Below are positions 10,129 through 20,586 of a DNA stretch of 64,000 nucleotides, one piece after another; within the stretch, counting starts at the first letter, position 1, and every line of letters begins with the position of its first letter. The DNA lies in the IMG/VR virus record IMGVR_UViG_3300042566_001512, positions 124,001 through 188,000 of that record; one strand, 5' to 3'. The translations under genes and the position numbers were made by a program. The notes under the pieces were generated by a model, which saw only the letters and a list, made by a program, of their open reading frames with translations, made no database searches and was not told where the DNA came from.

Positions 10129-10545
10129 TTAATCAGAAAATCTGGATCTGATTTCCTGTACCTTATCTAGCCATTCTTGTTGCAGCGCTTCGCCCCTTTG
10201 CACCTTAAAGAACAACGGGTCGGCTTCTTGCTCAAAGGCTATCTGGCGCAGTTTTCGAAGTCTTTCAGTTTTTTCTAACTGCATCTGTTCGGACTCTTGC
10301 TCAGTTAACTCTACCAGATTCCATTTCTGAATCCAACCGTCTTCCGTTTGTGCAGGAGTGTCCTCTTGAATTTTATATTTTAGTTTATCATAAACTGGAG
10401 CAGGCGTCTCTTTTAACGGGTATACCCGATACTCCTCTAAGACTTCGTTTGTTATCTCTTTTGGGAAAGACACATGTGGGTTGTCTTGCAAAAATTGATG
10501 GATCGAATATTTATTTGGTATTCCGTCTACTACTCTAATGTACAT
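10129..10545 (-). CDS. Tail fibre assembly/chaperone-like protein
   Basis: 138 aa; DNPHVSFP, WIQKWNLVEL and C-terminal EADPLFFKVQRGE...WLDKVQEIRSRF typical of fibre-associated small proteins; lies downstream of fibre genes. Confidence 0.55.
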   Translation of the reverse strand: MYIRVVDGIPNKYSIHQFLQDNPHVSFPKEITNEVLEEYRVYPLKETPAPVYDKLKYKIQEDTPAQTEDGWIQKWNLVELTEQESEQMQLEKTERLRKLRQIAFEQEADPLFFKVQRGEALQQEWLDKVQEIRSRFSD

Positions 10546-10554
10546 GTTTTTTCC

Positions 10555-11340
10555 TTAGTTAGCGTTAGATGGATAACTTCTTCCGACTCCCCAGATTATC
10601 CTCACGCCTGCCAGGCCCGAGGTATTTACGCTGGAGTCCAAGCTATATCCACCATCCCCGCCGCCACACGTTCCGCCTCTGCCATTACTGTCTTGGCCTT
10701 TGCTGCCACCGGACCCTCCTTCGCCTCCGTTGCCGGGATATGATCCGGCGGATCCAGAAGTTCCAGTACCAAGTAATCCAACACCCCCTCCGCCGCCGGC
10801 ACGGGTTGATCCGGTATTACCTGCGCCGCCGCCTCCAGCACCGCCAGTTCCAGAGAGTGGCGCAGTGGAGTTATTCCAGCTGCCTCCTCTGCCTCCGTTT
10901 CCGGAATAGCCGGCAGCGCCACCGCCACCCCCTCTTCCGGAGTTTTCGTCCGCAAGAGCATCTCCTGCTCCACCGGCTCCGCCGCTGTACTTTACTTGAC
11001 CCACTCCATTGGCTGCGCTACCGCCGGCGCCACCGAAGGCACCGTCTACTCCTTCTTCCGCTTTTAGTAACCAGGTTCCGGCCCTTAGTATTCCCGCTGT
11101 GGCTTGGTAGTCTATCGTAAGTTCTTCCCCCGGGGTAACCGGTATCGCGTTGGAGTATGAAAGTGCTCCGCCTCCGGCGCCCTGGTTTCGGTTTTGGCTA
11201 TAGCCACCGGCACCTACTGCTACTGCGCATATTTCTGTAACGCCCGCGGGAACAATCCACGTATCTGTGCTCCAGCCAGTCCACTGAATTTGACCTCTTG
11301 GCGGTGACGCCAATGCAGATTTTAAAATATTAGATAACAT
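10555..11340 (-). CDS. Glycine-rich tail fibre/adhesin protein
   Basis: WIVPAGVTEICAVAVGAGG, many GGxGG runs, GVRIIWG..RSYP end; start taken at ATG 11340, which overlaps the upstream stop (TAATG). Confidence 0.65.
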   Translation of the reverse strand: MLSNILKSALASPPRGQIQWTGWSTDTWIVPAGVTEICAVAVGAGGYSQNRNQGAGGGALSYSNAIPVTPGEELTIDYQATAGILRAGTWLLKAEEGVDGAFGGAGGSAANGVGQVKYSGGAGGAGDALADENSGRGGGGGAAGYSGNGGRGGSWNNSTAPLSGTGGAGGGGAGNTGSTRAGGGGGVGLLGTGTSGSAGSYPGNGGEGGSGGSKGQDSNGRGGTCGGGDGGYSLDSSVNTSGLAGVRIIWGVGRSYPSNAN

Positions 11341-12482
11341 TAAGCATTCCCCACTCTTGCGCCAAATATTGTAGATCCTACTTTCCACAAAACTATAACG
11401 GTGTACCCTGTAGTATTAAGCGTGGGCGCCGAGCCGGAGTCCGTTTTCCATGTAACGGAAAGGCTGGCCCAGTTTATTGTTCTAGAAGAACCGTCGTCCA
11501 CTAAAAGTGTAATGGACTGACCCTCTGACCATGATCCAGATGTAGGTGTGCTACTAGCGGTCAGTGCCCATGTTTGAATTGACCCGTTTTTTGGTTCTAG
11601 TGTAGGCGTGGTTCCGGTTACCGCAAACACTTCTTCAGTATACCCATTCGTAAGCGATAACGCTTCAACGGTCTTATTTTGTAATGTTTGAGCGCCCGCT
11701 ATAGTTACGGTGGTGTTTATTGGCGCATAAGTTACGGCCGCTGCCACTGCTGTAAGATATCCAGAGTCGTTGGTAAAGGCACTAACGTTAGAAGGCTGAG
11801 TGTAACTAAACACGCCCGTTAATGGGTTATAGCTTAGACTGCCGCTGGCGTTTACGGAGGCTCTGACTCTTGCTTGCGTGTAATAAAGATTAACAGAACC
11901 CTCTGCCACGGAGTCGGTAGATCCCGGAGCCGCACTTATTTCAGCGTAAGAGGAACCGCCCCATCTGTATGTTTTACCATTATCTATGGTAATGTATATT
12001 TTACCCGATTCACCAGTGACAGGCAGATTTGAAAAGCTCGATGCCTCTATAACGTCATCAACGTAGGAAGGCAGTTGTGAAGTGGCTATTTTACCGGTTG
12101 AATCTAGTCCGGCATATCCGTTTGCGGAATTTCTATTGAGTACGTTTTCTGGAGTAAAACCAAGTGCCGACGTCACGTCGATCGACGTGAGGGTGACGGG
12201 TCCGGTTCTGGTGTTGAAGCTGGCGACTCCTATTTCTACGGCTCCCCCGTCTTGAATCTGTAGGTTACCCGCTCCCAGTAGCGACGCTCCGTTGATGGTT
12301 TTAATGTTGACACCGGGCTGGAGCTCTTGCTGATACTCTGGGTGTGGGTTAACCGATTCCTCGTGAGCAGTTATGGCAGTTTCTATAAGGTTAGTTATAT
12401 TACTTACATCCACGCCTTTTACTTTTAGGCCATCTACGAAGTTAAACGGTAACCCGTTTCTTGTTCTTAGGTTATTACTCAT
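11340..12482 (-). CDS. Tail fibre protein 1 (shared N-terminal LPFxFVDGL motif)
   Basis: 380 aa; NIKTINGASLLG, VASFNTRTGPVTL, QLPSYVDDVIE and STDSVAEGSVNLYYT fibre segments. Confidence 0.7.
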   Translation of the reverse strand: MSNNLRTRNGLPFNFVDGLKVKGVDVSNITNLIETAITAHEESVNPHPEYQQELQPGVNIKTINGASLLGAGNLQIQDGGAVEIGVASFNTRTGPVTLTSIDVTSALGFTPENVLNRNSANGYAGLDSTGKIATSQLPSYVDDVIEASSFSNLPVTGESGKIYITIDNGKTYRWGGSSYAEISAAPGSTDSVAEGSVNLYYTQARVRASVNASGSLSYNPLTGVFSYTQPSNVSAFTNDSGYLTAVAAAVTYAPINTTVTIAGAQTLQNKTVEALSLTNGYTEEVFAVTGTTPTLEPKNGSIQTWALTASSTPTSGSWSEGQSITLLVDDGSSRTINWASLSVTWKTDSGSAPTLNTTGYTVIVLWKVGSTIFGARVGNA

Positions 12483-12558
12483 TACTTAATCCTTCTTATA
12501 TAAAGGGGGCTTTTACAGTTCACAATATGCTCAAAGCTTAAATCTGGGTTTTACTACG

Positions 12559-12594
12559 CATATAGTCCCTGGAACACGTTCCAGGGACTATATG
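12559..12594. terminator. 17-bp hairpin (CATA...TATG family)
   Basis: CATATAGTCCCTGGAAC-AC-GTTCCAGGGACTATATG. Confidence 0.7.
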
Positions 12595-12618
12595 ACACAC
12601 TAACAATATAATTTAAAA

Positions 12619-13422
12619 TTAGCTGTATTGCTGTATCAGAGCTATAGCTTGCGTTTCACTAAGAGACTGGGCATTTATCATTGCCTGCAAGCTTCCCAGG
12701 CCTTGGTCGGTTCTTGCTATGGCGCTGTTTACGTTTTGTAATAGACCCTCGGTGAGTGCCAGTGCTTGTATGGCTGAGTTGTTTGCGTTTGTTGCAGCCG
12801 CTGCACTAAGAACCGTTACGGTGTTGTCGGGGTCGTCTAAAAGCTGCCTTAGTCCGGATATACTGGTATCGATGTACGACAGTATCTCCATGTGGGCTAT
12901 TTCATCGCCCAAAAGTATAGCAGTTTTTAGTCTCTCTAACTCTGCTACCATGTATTCAAAACCTATAACGTCCCCTACTCTGTGCAGGTGATTACTAGGT
13001 TCAAAAGACGTGGGGCGATCTAGTATATTGGGCCAAGACACGGGTCTTTGATCCGATAACAGATTATCAAGAAGTAGCTTTATTGCCTCAAATGTTCTCT
13101 CATACCCGCCACCAAGGGCTTGGTAGTTTAGTCGTACAGAATTACTTACAGAAGGGTTAGTAATTACAATTACTGTACAGATTTCTTTACCGGACTGGGC
13201 AGTTGGTATTCCCACCACATCCAGACACTTATAGTGAATGTCTCTTACAAGTAAAGAGTTAGTTGTGGCGTCATAGACTTCAAGAGACTGTGTGTAATAG
13301 GGTCCATAAATAGGCGCTAAAGAACGATAATTCTTTACAGCTAATTCGTGCACCTCTCCTAGTACTCTGTTATCGGGGTTTGTTCCGGTTAAATCTAAAT
13401 TAAATCTAATAGGGTTTGCCAT
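12619..13422 (-). CDS. Baseplate/fibre-anchor paralog (DxTG...N family)
   Basis: DLTGTNPDNRV, PIYGPYY, YQALGG and WPNILDRP..F.P..HLH segments shared with neighbours. Confidence 0.65.
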   Translation of the reverse strand: MANPIRFNLDLTGTNPDNRVLGEVHELAVKNYRSLAPIYGPYYTQSLEVYDATTNSLLVRDIHYKCLDVVGIPTAQSGKEICTVIVITNPSVSNSVRLNYQALGGGYERTFEAIKLLLDNLLSDQRPVSWPNILDRPTSFEPSNHLHRVGDVIGFEYMVAELERLKTAILLGDEIAHMEILSYIDTSISGLRQLLDDPDNTVTVLSAAAATNANNSAIQALALTEGLLQNVNSAIARTDQGLGSLQAMINAQSLSETQAIALIQQYS

Positions 13423-13467
13423 TTTGTTTTATTTCTCCGTTTACCACTATACTACCGTGGCGAATTG

Positions 13468-15531
13468 TCAATTGGATACCGCGTTAATCATTCTAACGAG
13501 ACTTATGTTGTCTATGCCAAAGCTATTTCCTGTCGTATCTGTGGCGTGGTTCAGTAGCTCCAGTTTAGTGGTCGGATTGTTTCCCGTAGTGAACGAGTAA
13601 ATAATGTCCCTTTGTATGGATTTATTAGGATTTAGTACCACCGTCTTAGAGTGAAGAACGCCGTCTACCATTAGTCGTATGTCTGGTAAATTGACTGTTC
13701 CGTATACTAAAGAGTATTTTAATTGATATCTAGTATTTGGATCTAGTGGTATTTCCTGAGACCAGAAACTAATATTTGGACTTTCGCTAAAAACGAACAA
13801 ATATTTGCCGTCATCTAGTTTAATATCGTTGGGGTTAATTATACCTGGCTCCGTATATGTGTTTTGGCTATCCAGTGTAGCTATAGGGATGTCAGTTACT
13901 TTAATCTTGTCTCTACTAGTGAAGTCTAGTCTAGGAGACATTACGGTAGCAAAATTAGAAGCGCCCTCACTAAAACTTGGGTTGGTTATATAGTTAACGT
14001 CGACCTGGTATCTTAATCTGATATAGGTCAATATCGAGTGTATTTCTACTTTAGACAGTTCTCTTTGGTACACTAGCAAAAGATGCAGTTCTGCATTTTG
14101 ATCAACGCTGGGATGACCCAAATACTGCATTTCTTGACCGATGCCTTCTATATCTAGAGTGGACTGATCTATGTTGTTAGGTGCCTTATAGAAATTAAAA
14201 GGCGTGTTGCTAAGGCACATGCAATCTTTTTCTCTGGACCCTACTTTCATCACAGTTACATGTGCTCCACCGTCAAAAAACTTTGAGGTTTTGCCCAGGT
14301 AAGATATTTCATTATTGTTTATATCGCTGTACTGTGCAGCTATTCCGTTTAAAACATCTATTTCTAGTTTCTTAACATCGCTAGACAAGATGGGTAATTT
14401 AATTTGATTAGAAGAGTCCCTCGGGGCGGTGACTGCGATTATGGTCTGGCCCTTTGAGAAGTTAAGAAAGAGCCCGCCTTGCTTGTTTATCCATTGATTG
14501 GTACTGAACTTAACCGCGTTTTTGCTAGGAAAAACATAACTAGGTCCATAGCTAGGAGGGTTTTGCTGGTCTGCACTAAATGTAGTTTGGGCAGATCCGG
14601 TACTCGCCCATGTTAAAGTATTTGGGTCGTAGTTATCGGAATCTAGTCTGACGTAAAGGCCTCCCATAATACTGGGAACGTCTATCAAAGTACCGTTTTC
14701 CTCAAACTCTCGTATGCATAAAAGATTGGCGACGTTAGCTAGCTTATCGTTTGCGTTCAGGTGCTTATAATCAAGTAACTTTTGTTCCAGTAGATCCGTT
14801 TTATTACGAAGTTCTTGAAATTTAATATCTATGGAATTTAATTCCTCAGACAAAATTACAAGTGTATCTTCTGCCGATTTGTTAAGAGCGGTTATTAGAT
14901 CTACTTTTTGCAGTGGCTCTGTATTATACTTTTCAAAGAAAGAGTCTTGTTCAGTGAAGTACTCGTTTACTATGGACAGATGTATAGCTCTATCTCCAGT
15001 GGTAACTGCGACCTTTACCAGCCTCAAAGCGTCTGTTACGTATTCTAATCCATATATATCCAAAGCATCTTGGAGGTGCGGTGCTGGAGGATAACCTTTG
15101 GGTTTATTGATTATTTCGTTCCAGCTTATGTTTGAGTTATTATCATCTATGGCAGCTATTGCCGCACCTAGTAATTCCCTGTTTACTTGATCGTGACCAC
15201 CAAGGGCCTGGTAACTTATAGATAAAGTAGAAGAGGCAACAGACGGGAATAACAAAATAACAGTACAAACAGAGCCACCTACTAATTTTGTCACCTTGTG
15301 AAGCATCTCTGTGGCTATATAGTGCTGTTCTTTTTCCAGCAACGTGGCTTCCTGGGTATTCTCGTCGATAGAATAGACTCTTAAGCTATCGCTATAAAAA
15401 GCACCATATTTTGGTAAAATTAGCTTAATAGGCAAAAGTGACTGTACTTGATGAATTTCTTCTATTATTAGGTTATCTTGGGACTGACCAGTCCTGTCTA
15501 GCTCTAAATAAAAATTAGGTGCAGTGGCCAT
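13468..15531 (-). CDS. Baseplate/fibre-anchor paralog with C-terminal lectin/CBM-like domains
   Basis: Family N-terminus (DRTGQSQDN, YQALGG, WNEIINKP), coiled coil, LamG-like part (LLVYQRELS), CBM-like end (ITNPSFSEG, FGIDNISL). Confidence 0.6.
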   Translation of the reverse strand: MATAPNFYLELDRTGQSQDNLIIEEIHQVQSLLPIKLILPKYGAFYSDSLRVYSIDENTQEATLLEKEQHYIATEMLHKVTKLVGGSVCTVILLFPSVASSTLSISYQALGGHDQVNRELLGAAIAAIDDNNSNISWNEIINKPKGYPPAPHLQDALDIYGLEYVTDALRLVKVAVTTGDRAIHLSIVNEYFTEQDSFFEKYNTEPLQKVDLITALNKSAEDTLVILSEELNSIDIKFQELRNKTDLLEQKLLDYKHLNANDKLANVANLLCIREFEENGTLIDVPSIMGGLYVRLDSDNYDPNTLTWASTGSAQTTFSADQQNPPSYGPSYVFPSKNAVKFSTNQWINKQGGLFLNFSKGQTIIAVTAPRDSSNQIKLPILSSDVKKLEIDVLNGIAAQYSDINNNEISYLGKTSKFFDGGAHVTVMKVGSREKDCMCLSNTPFNFYKAPNNIDQSTLDIEGIGQEMQYLGHPSVDQNAELHLLLVYQRELSKVEIHSILTYIRLRYQVDVNYITNPSFSEGASNFATVMSPRLDFTSRDKIKVTDIPIATLDSQNTYTEPGIINPNDIKLDDGKYLFVFSESPNISFWSQEIPLDPNTRYQLKYSLVYGTVNLPDIRLMVDGVLHSKTVVLNPNKSIQRDIIYSFTTGNNPTTKLELLNHATDTTGNSFGIDNISLVRMINAVSN

Positions 15532-15612
15532 ATTAGGTAACTTCCTTTATATATGTTAATTTTTTACCCAAAAATAGGATAGATCACATCATGTTTAAAA
15601 CAATCAATGGCA

Positions 15613-15641
15613 TAATAGGAGGACAAAAAGTCCTCCTATTA
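15613..15641. terminator. 12-bp hairpin preceded by GGCA
   Basis: TAATAGGAGGAC-AAAAA-GTCCTCCTATTA. Confidence 0.6.
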
Positions 15642-15658
15642 ATTAGTGATTACTATAG

Positions 15659-17173
15659 TCAATAACCCAGAGCTTGTCTTAGAACGAATGGCGGTAGGCC
15701 AGTGTTATGAAAGTGTGGCATAAATTCTAAAACGTCCCCTGCCACTATTGGATAATTTACAGATACCTGATTAACTGTGACTGTGAAATCTGTACCGTTG
15801 AACAAGACCAATGCATCGTTTAGTCTCAAACAGTATCCGTCAGAATCTATGGGCGTACTTATCAAATCGAATATTTCATTTTGGTCAGTTACTGTGAATT
15901 TTTGATATAGTCTATTTGATGGATTGTTTATCTTTATTGGCTTAGTTTGTATTACTATATCTACTACTTCACCTGCCAACAAAGGTTCTAAGAAAGTAAT
16001 TTCTGTATCGTTTATTTGGTAATTTACGGTGTTTATAAGTTCAGAAAACTTATTTATTACCACTCTAATACAGGTACCCATCAGTGGGCTGGAGTTTAGG
16101 CTATACGTCACTTGGTCAGCCAAAGCGCTAAACGAATAAACCTGGTAAGCGTCTTTATCCTCGTGAAGCCATCTTCCCATGGGAGGATTAGATACTGGCT
16201 TTATTACGGTATATCCGTTATCCGCTTCCGTATTAGTAGTGGACCAATAATAAGTACTAGAAGAGGAGTCACCTGGCGCAAGCTTACCTAGCAAGAGTAC
16301 GGCATGTACCTTGTTTGAATCTGTGCTTGGCACGTGTAGCTGCCTTAGTTCATTTATATTCTTTACCCGTAGTACGGCCTGATCAAGCGTTTGGTTAGTG
16401 GCGGTTCCTATAAGGGAGGCCCCTAGTTTAGTAGCCAGCGCAAGCATAGCGTCTGCAGCGTTGCCTATGGACTCCAATACCACTTGTATAGCCAGCCTCA
16501 CGCCTCTTGGGGTCATGTACTTGGTTATGCTAGTACCGTCAATAGATTCCGCATCGGTTGCCACTCCAAAGTTTTGTACATTACCAAGACCCAGCATATT
16601 CTTCGTGGGTATCAGCGAAGGGTCTACTACGGGACCTTGTACTGGCTTATCTGCAATAGCCTGTGCAACGTCTTCAACGGACTGAACCACGTCCGACATT
16701 CCCACTAGGTCTGTCAAGTTCCACTCGTGATCGACTACCGGAAACAAAGTAGGAACGTTGGCCACCTGCTCCCAGCTAGTCACCCTGGGGTTTCTTGTCA
16801 TGTCTGACAATATTTCGTTTATTTGAACTGGATCCAAAGTCCACTGTCCACCAACGGTGTTGTATGCTAGAGTTATAACTCCGGCAAGCTGTAGATTTAA
16901 TAAAGATATCCCACCATAAATCGGCTTAGCGCAACTTCTACTAGCTGCTATGAACTGAAAGCTAAAATGAAAGTCTATCCCCTCGACTAGAAATCTAATA
17001 TTGTTATCTATGTCTTTATATGAAATAGTGCAGCCATCTGCAAAAAATGGAGCGTAGGTTGGCACTATGAAATGGTAATTCCTACCAGACACCGCGGTGA
17101 TTATTTGCTGTTCGCCAGTTATTCTGTTAGCGGGAAGAGTACCCGTAGGATCAAATTCGTAAAAGGTCGTCAT
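15659..17173 (-). CDS. Baseplate/fibre-anchor paralog with tailspike-head-like domain and two C-terminal repeats
   Basis: FDPTGTLPANRI N-terminus; LGLGNVQNF fibre motif; GASLIG...DNGYTVIKP...GRW segment. Confidence 0.65.
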   Translation of the reverse strand: MTTFYEFDPTGTLPANRITGEQQIITAVSGRNYHFIVPTYAPFFADGCTISYKDIDNNIRFLVEGIDFHFSFQFIAASRSCAKPIYGGISLLNLQLAGVITLAYNTVGGQWTLDPVQINEILSDMTRNPRVTSWEQVANVPTLFPVVDHEWNLTDLVGMSDVVQSVEDVAQAIADKPVQGPVVDPSLIPTKNMLGLGNVQNFGVATDAESIDGTSITKYMTPRGVRLAIQVVLESIGNAADAMLALATKLGASLIGTATNQTLDQAVLRVKNINELRQLHVPSTDSNKVHAVLLLGKLAPGDSSSSTYYWSTTNTEADNGYTVIKPVSNPPMGRWLHEDKDAYQVYSFSALADQVTYSLNSSPLMGTCIRVVINKFSELINTVNYQINDTEITFLEPLLAGEVVDIVIQTKPIKINNPSNRLYQKFTVTDQNEIFDLISTPIDSDGYCLRLNDALVLFNGTDFTVTVNQVSVNYPIVAGDVLEFMPHFHNTGLPPFVLRQALGY

Positions 17174-17316
17174 GGTGCTTTGTCCTTATCAAAGGCTATC
17201 AATGTTGTGAATTTTTTGATACTGTTAATCAAAAACAAATATCGTTAACAGGGCTATACCATTGCTTTTGGGGGGTATAGTGAACAAGGTTAACACATCA
17301 ACGGAGTAAATGAAAT

Positions 17317-18552
17317 ATGTATACAGCGGTTAATGCGGTTGGCGTTAAAAAGGGAGTCAACCAAAGATGGCAAACTATAGATATAACTAGCATTACTATA
17401 GCTAACCTCTACGATATCTATCGTAGGGTCTTTTTGACTTTACAGACAGGAACTCCTGCAGTAACTGTTTATCTAGATATGGACGCGGTTAGGTCAGAAT
17501 ACTCCACCTACGACGACACTATAACTCAGTGGTTAATTGATCTAATGGACGCTAGTTTGCCAACCTCATCAACCGTGCCGCCTATACAAACCAGGACTGC
17601 CAGGTTCATGGACGCGTTTAGAGCAGGGTACTCCATTAAACCTTATAATTCAATATACGGCGATAATGTTAGCGAGTCAGATAAATTAGACGCGCTTTTA
17701 ACCAGAAGTTCTCCAGTGTCTAACTACCCAGTTTTTCACAGCACAACCTTAGTTAGTGTAAACGGGTTTTACCATAGAACAGACACAAATGGCACAAATG
17801 GAATAGTTGTATATAAAGCGGCAGAGAGCGCAAAAAAGTCTAATCAAAACCAGATGGGGCTATTGACGTTCGAGGGAATGTGTTCCCTTGAAATTGTGCC
17901 ATTTACCCAGTCGATGATATACAAGCAACAAGAAAACGTTCCTTTATCCGAAGCAGCATATATAAATACCGGATTAGATCTTACCAATAAAAACGTATTA
18001 TTTATAATTGGCGGGTACATGCACTTTGTTGGTGATCTTGTAACCCAGGTAGGCATTAATACTTTTAAAATAGATTTTAGTAACTACCCCATATTTGATA
18101 GATTCTACGAAATGAAGGCTCACCTCAATGTATCCTCGTTTGATCTATCTAGCACCGAAGTAAACCCTAATCAGATATCCGTAGAAGAACTTCAAACGGA
18201 CGAAAACATAAAAGCTTTAATTTTAATGAATCAGTCTTTTATGGTGGTTTTAAATACGGGGCATCTTTATACCGATAAAAACTATGTAAGAGCAACTGGC
18301 TATCCGGGTAGCTACATAGCGTATACGACACCAAACAAAACTCTGGTTACCGGTTTAGGTAGACATAATGAATATTGGTATCGACAAGAAGATGACCAGT
18401 ACATTTTAACAGTGTACGACAACGCAGTATCTAACAGAATATACAATACGATTAATCCGTATTTTGAAAACTCTATAGGCGACAGTGAACTTCCTACGGA
18501 TCCTGTTTACCTATCCGGGGCGTATTTTTTAGAAATAGGAAGAGACGAATGA
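17317..18552 (+). CDS. Conserved virion structural protein (phiKZ-like baseplate region)
   Basis: 411 aa; LVSVNGFYHRT and FIIGGYMH segments; GGAG RBS. Confidence 0.55.
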   Translation: MYTAVNAVGVKKGVNQRWQTIDITSITIANLYDIYRRVFLTLQTGTPAVTVYLDMDAVRSEYSTYDDTITQWLIDLMDASLPTSSTVPPIQTRTARFMDAFRAGYSIKPYNSIYGDNVSESDKLDALLTRSSPVSNYPVFHSTTLVSVNGFYHRTDTNGTNGIVVYKAAESAKKSNQNQMGLLTFEGMCSLEIVPFTQSMIYKQQENVPLSEAAYINTGLDLTNKNVLFIIGGYMHFVGDLVTQVGINTFKIDFSNYPIFDRFYEMKAHLNVSSFDLSSTEVNPNQISVEELQTDENIKALILMNQSFMVVLNTGHLYTDKNYVRATGYPGSYIAYTTPNKTLVTGLGRHNEYWYRQEDDQYILTVYDNAVSNRIYNTINPYFENSIGDSELPTDPVYLSGAYFLEIGRDE

Positions 18553-18638
18553 GCGCCCCGCTTTTCAAAAAACGATTTAAAAGAAGTTTAAGTTTCGGTT
18601 AATTTATAAAAAATTAAATCTTATACAAAGGGTTTATA

Positions 18639-18977
18639 ATGATCTACAAAATCATTTATACAAATAAATTTATCCCAAGCCGATTTGCGGCCAGATCTAT
18701 CGGTCCTTTAATATTGGTTAGACCGAAGTACACTGGCGACAAGGGGTTGATTGAGCACGAAAAAGTGCATGTAAAACAATATTGGCTTACTTTAGGATTA
18801 TTTGGAATACCTTATAACTTGTTTAAAAAGTTCAGGCTAATTTGCGAGGTGGCCGCCTACAAAGAGCAATTAAAACACTACGATACCGACAAGACGCAGC
18901 TATTTGCTTACCACCTAGCTACTCTTTATAATTTGGACATTACTCAAGAAAAAGCGGTTGAGCTACTTTCTAAATAA
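18639..18977 (+). CDS. Small HExxH zinc-metallopeptidase-like protein
   Basis: LIEHEKVHVKQY followed by EVAAY (third ligand). Confidence 0.6.
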   Translation: MIYKIIYTNKFIPSRFAARSIGPLILVRPKYTGDKGLIEHEKVHVKQYWLTLGLFGIPYNLFKKFRLICEVAAYKEQLKHYDTDKTQLFAYHLATLYNLDITQEKAVELLSK

Positions 18978-18988
18978 AGCAATCAAGC

Positions 18989-19024
18989 AGCATAATACCC
19001 AGGATCTTTCCTGGGTATTATGCT
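18989..19024. terminator. 16-bp hairpin (CATA...TATG family)
   Basis: AGCATAATACCCAGGA-TCTT-TCCTGGGTATTATGCT. Confidence 0.7.
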
Positions 19025-19132
19025 CTGTGTAAAAATGTATTAGTAATAATCTTTTCGGTCATGTTGTGAAATATTTAATACTTCCGGCAAAAAAAGCTAA
19101 CCGCTTAATAGATTAATAAGGATAAATAAAAC

Positions 19133-20536
19133 ATGGAATACCAGCTAGATCCGACAGGAAAATCGTTAAGAAACAAAGTAATTAGTGAGACCAAGCCCAT
19201 TTCCCTACTAAATGGAAAAACACACCTGTTTATAATTCCTTTTGACGGGCCCTATTACGAAGAATCCCTTTTTATAAAGTACACCCCAGCTGTAGGTGAA
19301 GAAAAAATACTCTTCTCCGGCGTAGACTATTTTCCGGTCCTTCCTTACTCAGAAGCCACTCGAAAATTTAACGCACCAATTTTTGCGGGAATTGAATTTA
19401 TAGACCTGACACTAAACGGGACTGTCACTTATGCCTACCAAACGATGGGCGGCGCATACTCTACTGATCAGTCCACCATAACTGGCATAGAGGTCGGTTT
19501 TTCTGGAGACCCTAGATTTACCACTTGGGACTCGTTAGTGACACTTCCTGACGTGCCGGAGATAAGCCACCCTTGGTCTGTCGCCAACGTAGACAATATT
19601 GCAAACGCAGTGGATGAACTAGAGAAGATAGGCGTTGTTGTACACCTTAGACCTAGATTTCTACCAAGTCCAAGTGAAGAGGTTTTTATACCCACTGCTC
19701 AAGAAATAGGTCTTGGTTTTGTTCCCAACTATCCGCCGGCTACTGATCAGCAGGCTATTTTGGGCGAAGAAACACAATCGCTAATGACACCGGCCACCAC
19801 TAAGTTGGCTGTCAATGCGGAAGTAACCAGGGCACTGTCTGATATAGGTTATTTGGTGCCAGTTCAGTATGCAGGTAGCATTTATATAACAAATCCAAAG
19901 ACCACGGTAGATCACCAGGGGCGGATATACGCAATAAATCCTCAGGCTGTACCTTACACTACTACCGGGCAGTGGGACACCGATAAGCAAAACTTCATAA
20001 CCGTAAGAGCCGCCGACGTAGAAGACTGGTCACGGTTAACCTTGATGGTAGCTGGAGATGAAGAAGTAATAGACGTTTTAGGCAGAGTACTTGTTATAGA
20101 CGTAGAGCACGATAGTTCGCTGTTGCCGCAACTGATACTTAACGACGTGATATTCCTTGTCCATGGCCTGGACTACAAAATGAGCAATAACAGACTATAC
20201 GTCAAGTACCCAACTCAAACGGGTGACAAACTAGTTCTCCACACGAAAAGGTCGGCAGTCAATACTAATAGAGACAAACAAATAAATAAGGTGTTTGTGG
20301 TCCAGGACGGATCAAATACTTTTGACGTTTCTGATGTTAGTGTTAGCACTAGTAACTTACGGGTGAGTATAAATGAGTTTATTATACTCGATAGTGAGTC
20401 GAGCGACTATTCTATTTTAAATGGTGTTCTGACAATTAACTACCCAATAGGTCTGGGCGATGTTATCGAAGTAGAAAACATAGACAGCACCGTTCTGTTT
20501 GGAAAAATGTTTTTGCGCAATCTGGCAATGGATTAA
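19133..20536 (+). CDS. Baseplate/fibre-anchor paralog with two C-terminal repeats
   Basis: LDPTGKSLRNKV, PFDGPYY, YQTMGG, IGLGFVPNY and LMTPATT segments parallel ORF 15659-17173. Confidence 0.65.
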   Translation: MEYQLDPTGKSLRNKVISETKPISLLNGKTHLFIIPFDGPYYEESLFIKYTPAVGEEKILFSGVDYFPVLPYSEATRKFNAPIFAGIEFIDLTLNGTVTYAYQTMGGAYSTDQSTITGIEVGFSGDPRFTTWDSLVTLPDVPEISHPWSVANVDNIANAVDELEKIGVVVHLRPRFLPSPSEEVFIPTAQEIGLGFVPNYPPATDQQAILGEETQSLMTPATTKLAVNAEVTRALSDIGYLVPVQYAGSIYITNPKTTVDHQGRIYAINPQAVPYTTTGQWDTDKQNFITVRAADVEDWSRLTLMVAGDEEVIDVLGRVLVIDVEHDSSLLPQLILNDVIFLVHGLDYKMSNNRLYVKYPTQTGDKLVLHTKRSAVNTNRDKQINKVFVVQDGSNTFDVSDVSVSTSNLRVSINEFIILDSESSDYSILNGVLTINYPIGLGDVIEVENIDSTVLFGKMFLRNLAMD

Positions 20537-20555
20537 TGACCTATCAATAAAAAGC

Positions 20556-20586
20556 ATAAATAGGAGGGTATTGCCCTCCTATTTAT
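20556..20586. terminator. 13-bp hairpin (CATA family)
   Basis: ATAAATAGGAGGG-TATTG-CCCTCCTATTTAT. Confidence 0.65.

Noticed and set aside
10350-11120. Pro- and Arg-rich plus-strand ORFs (10569, 10700 and others)
   Set aside because: Shadows of the GGN-rich glycine codons on the minus-strand gene.
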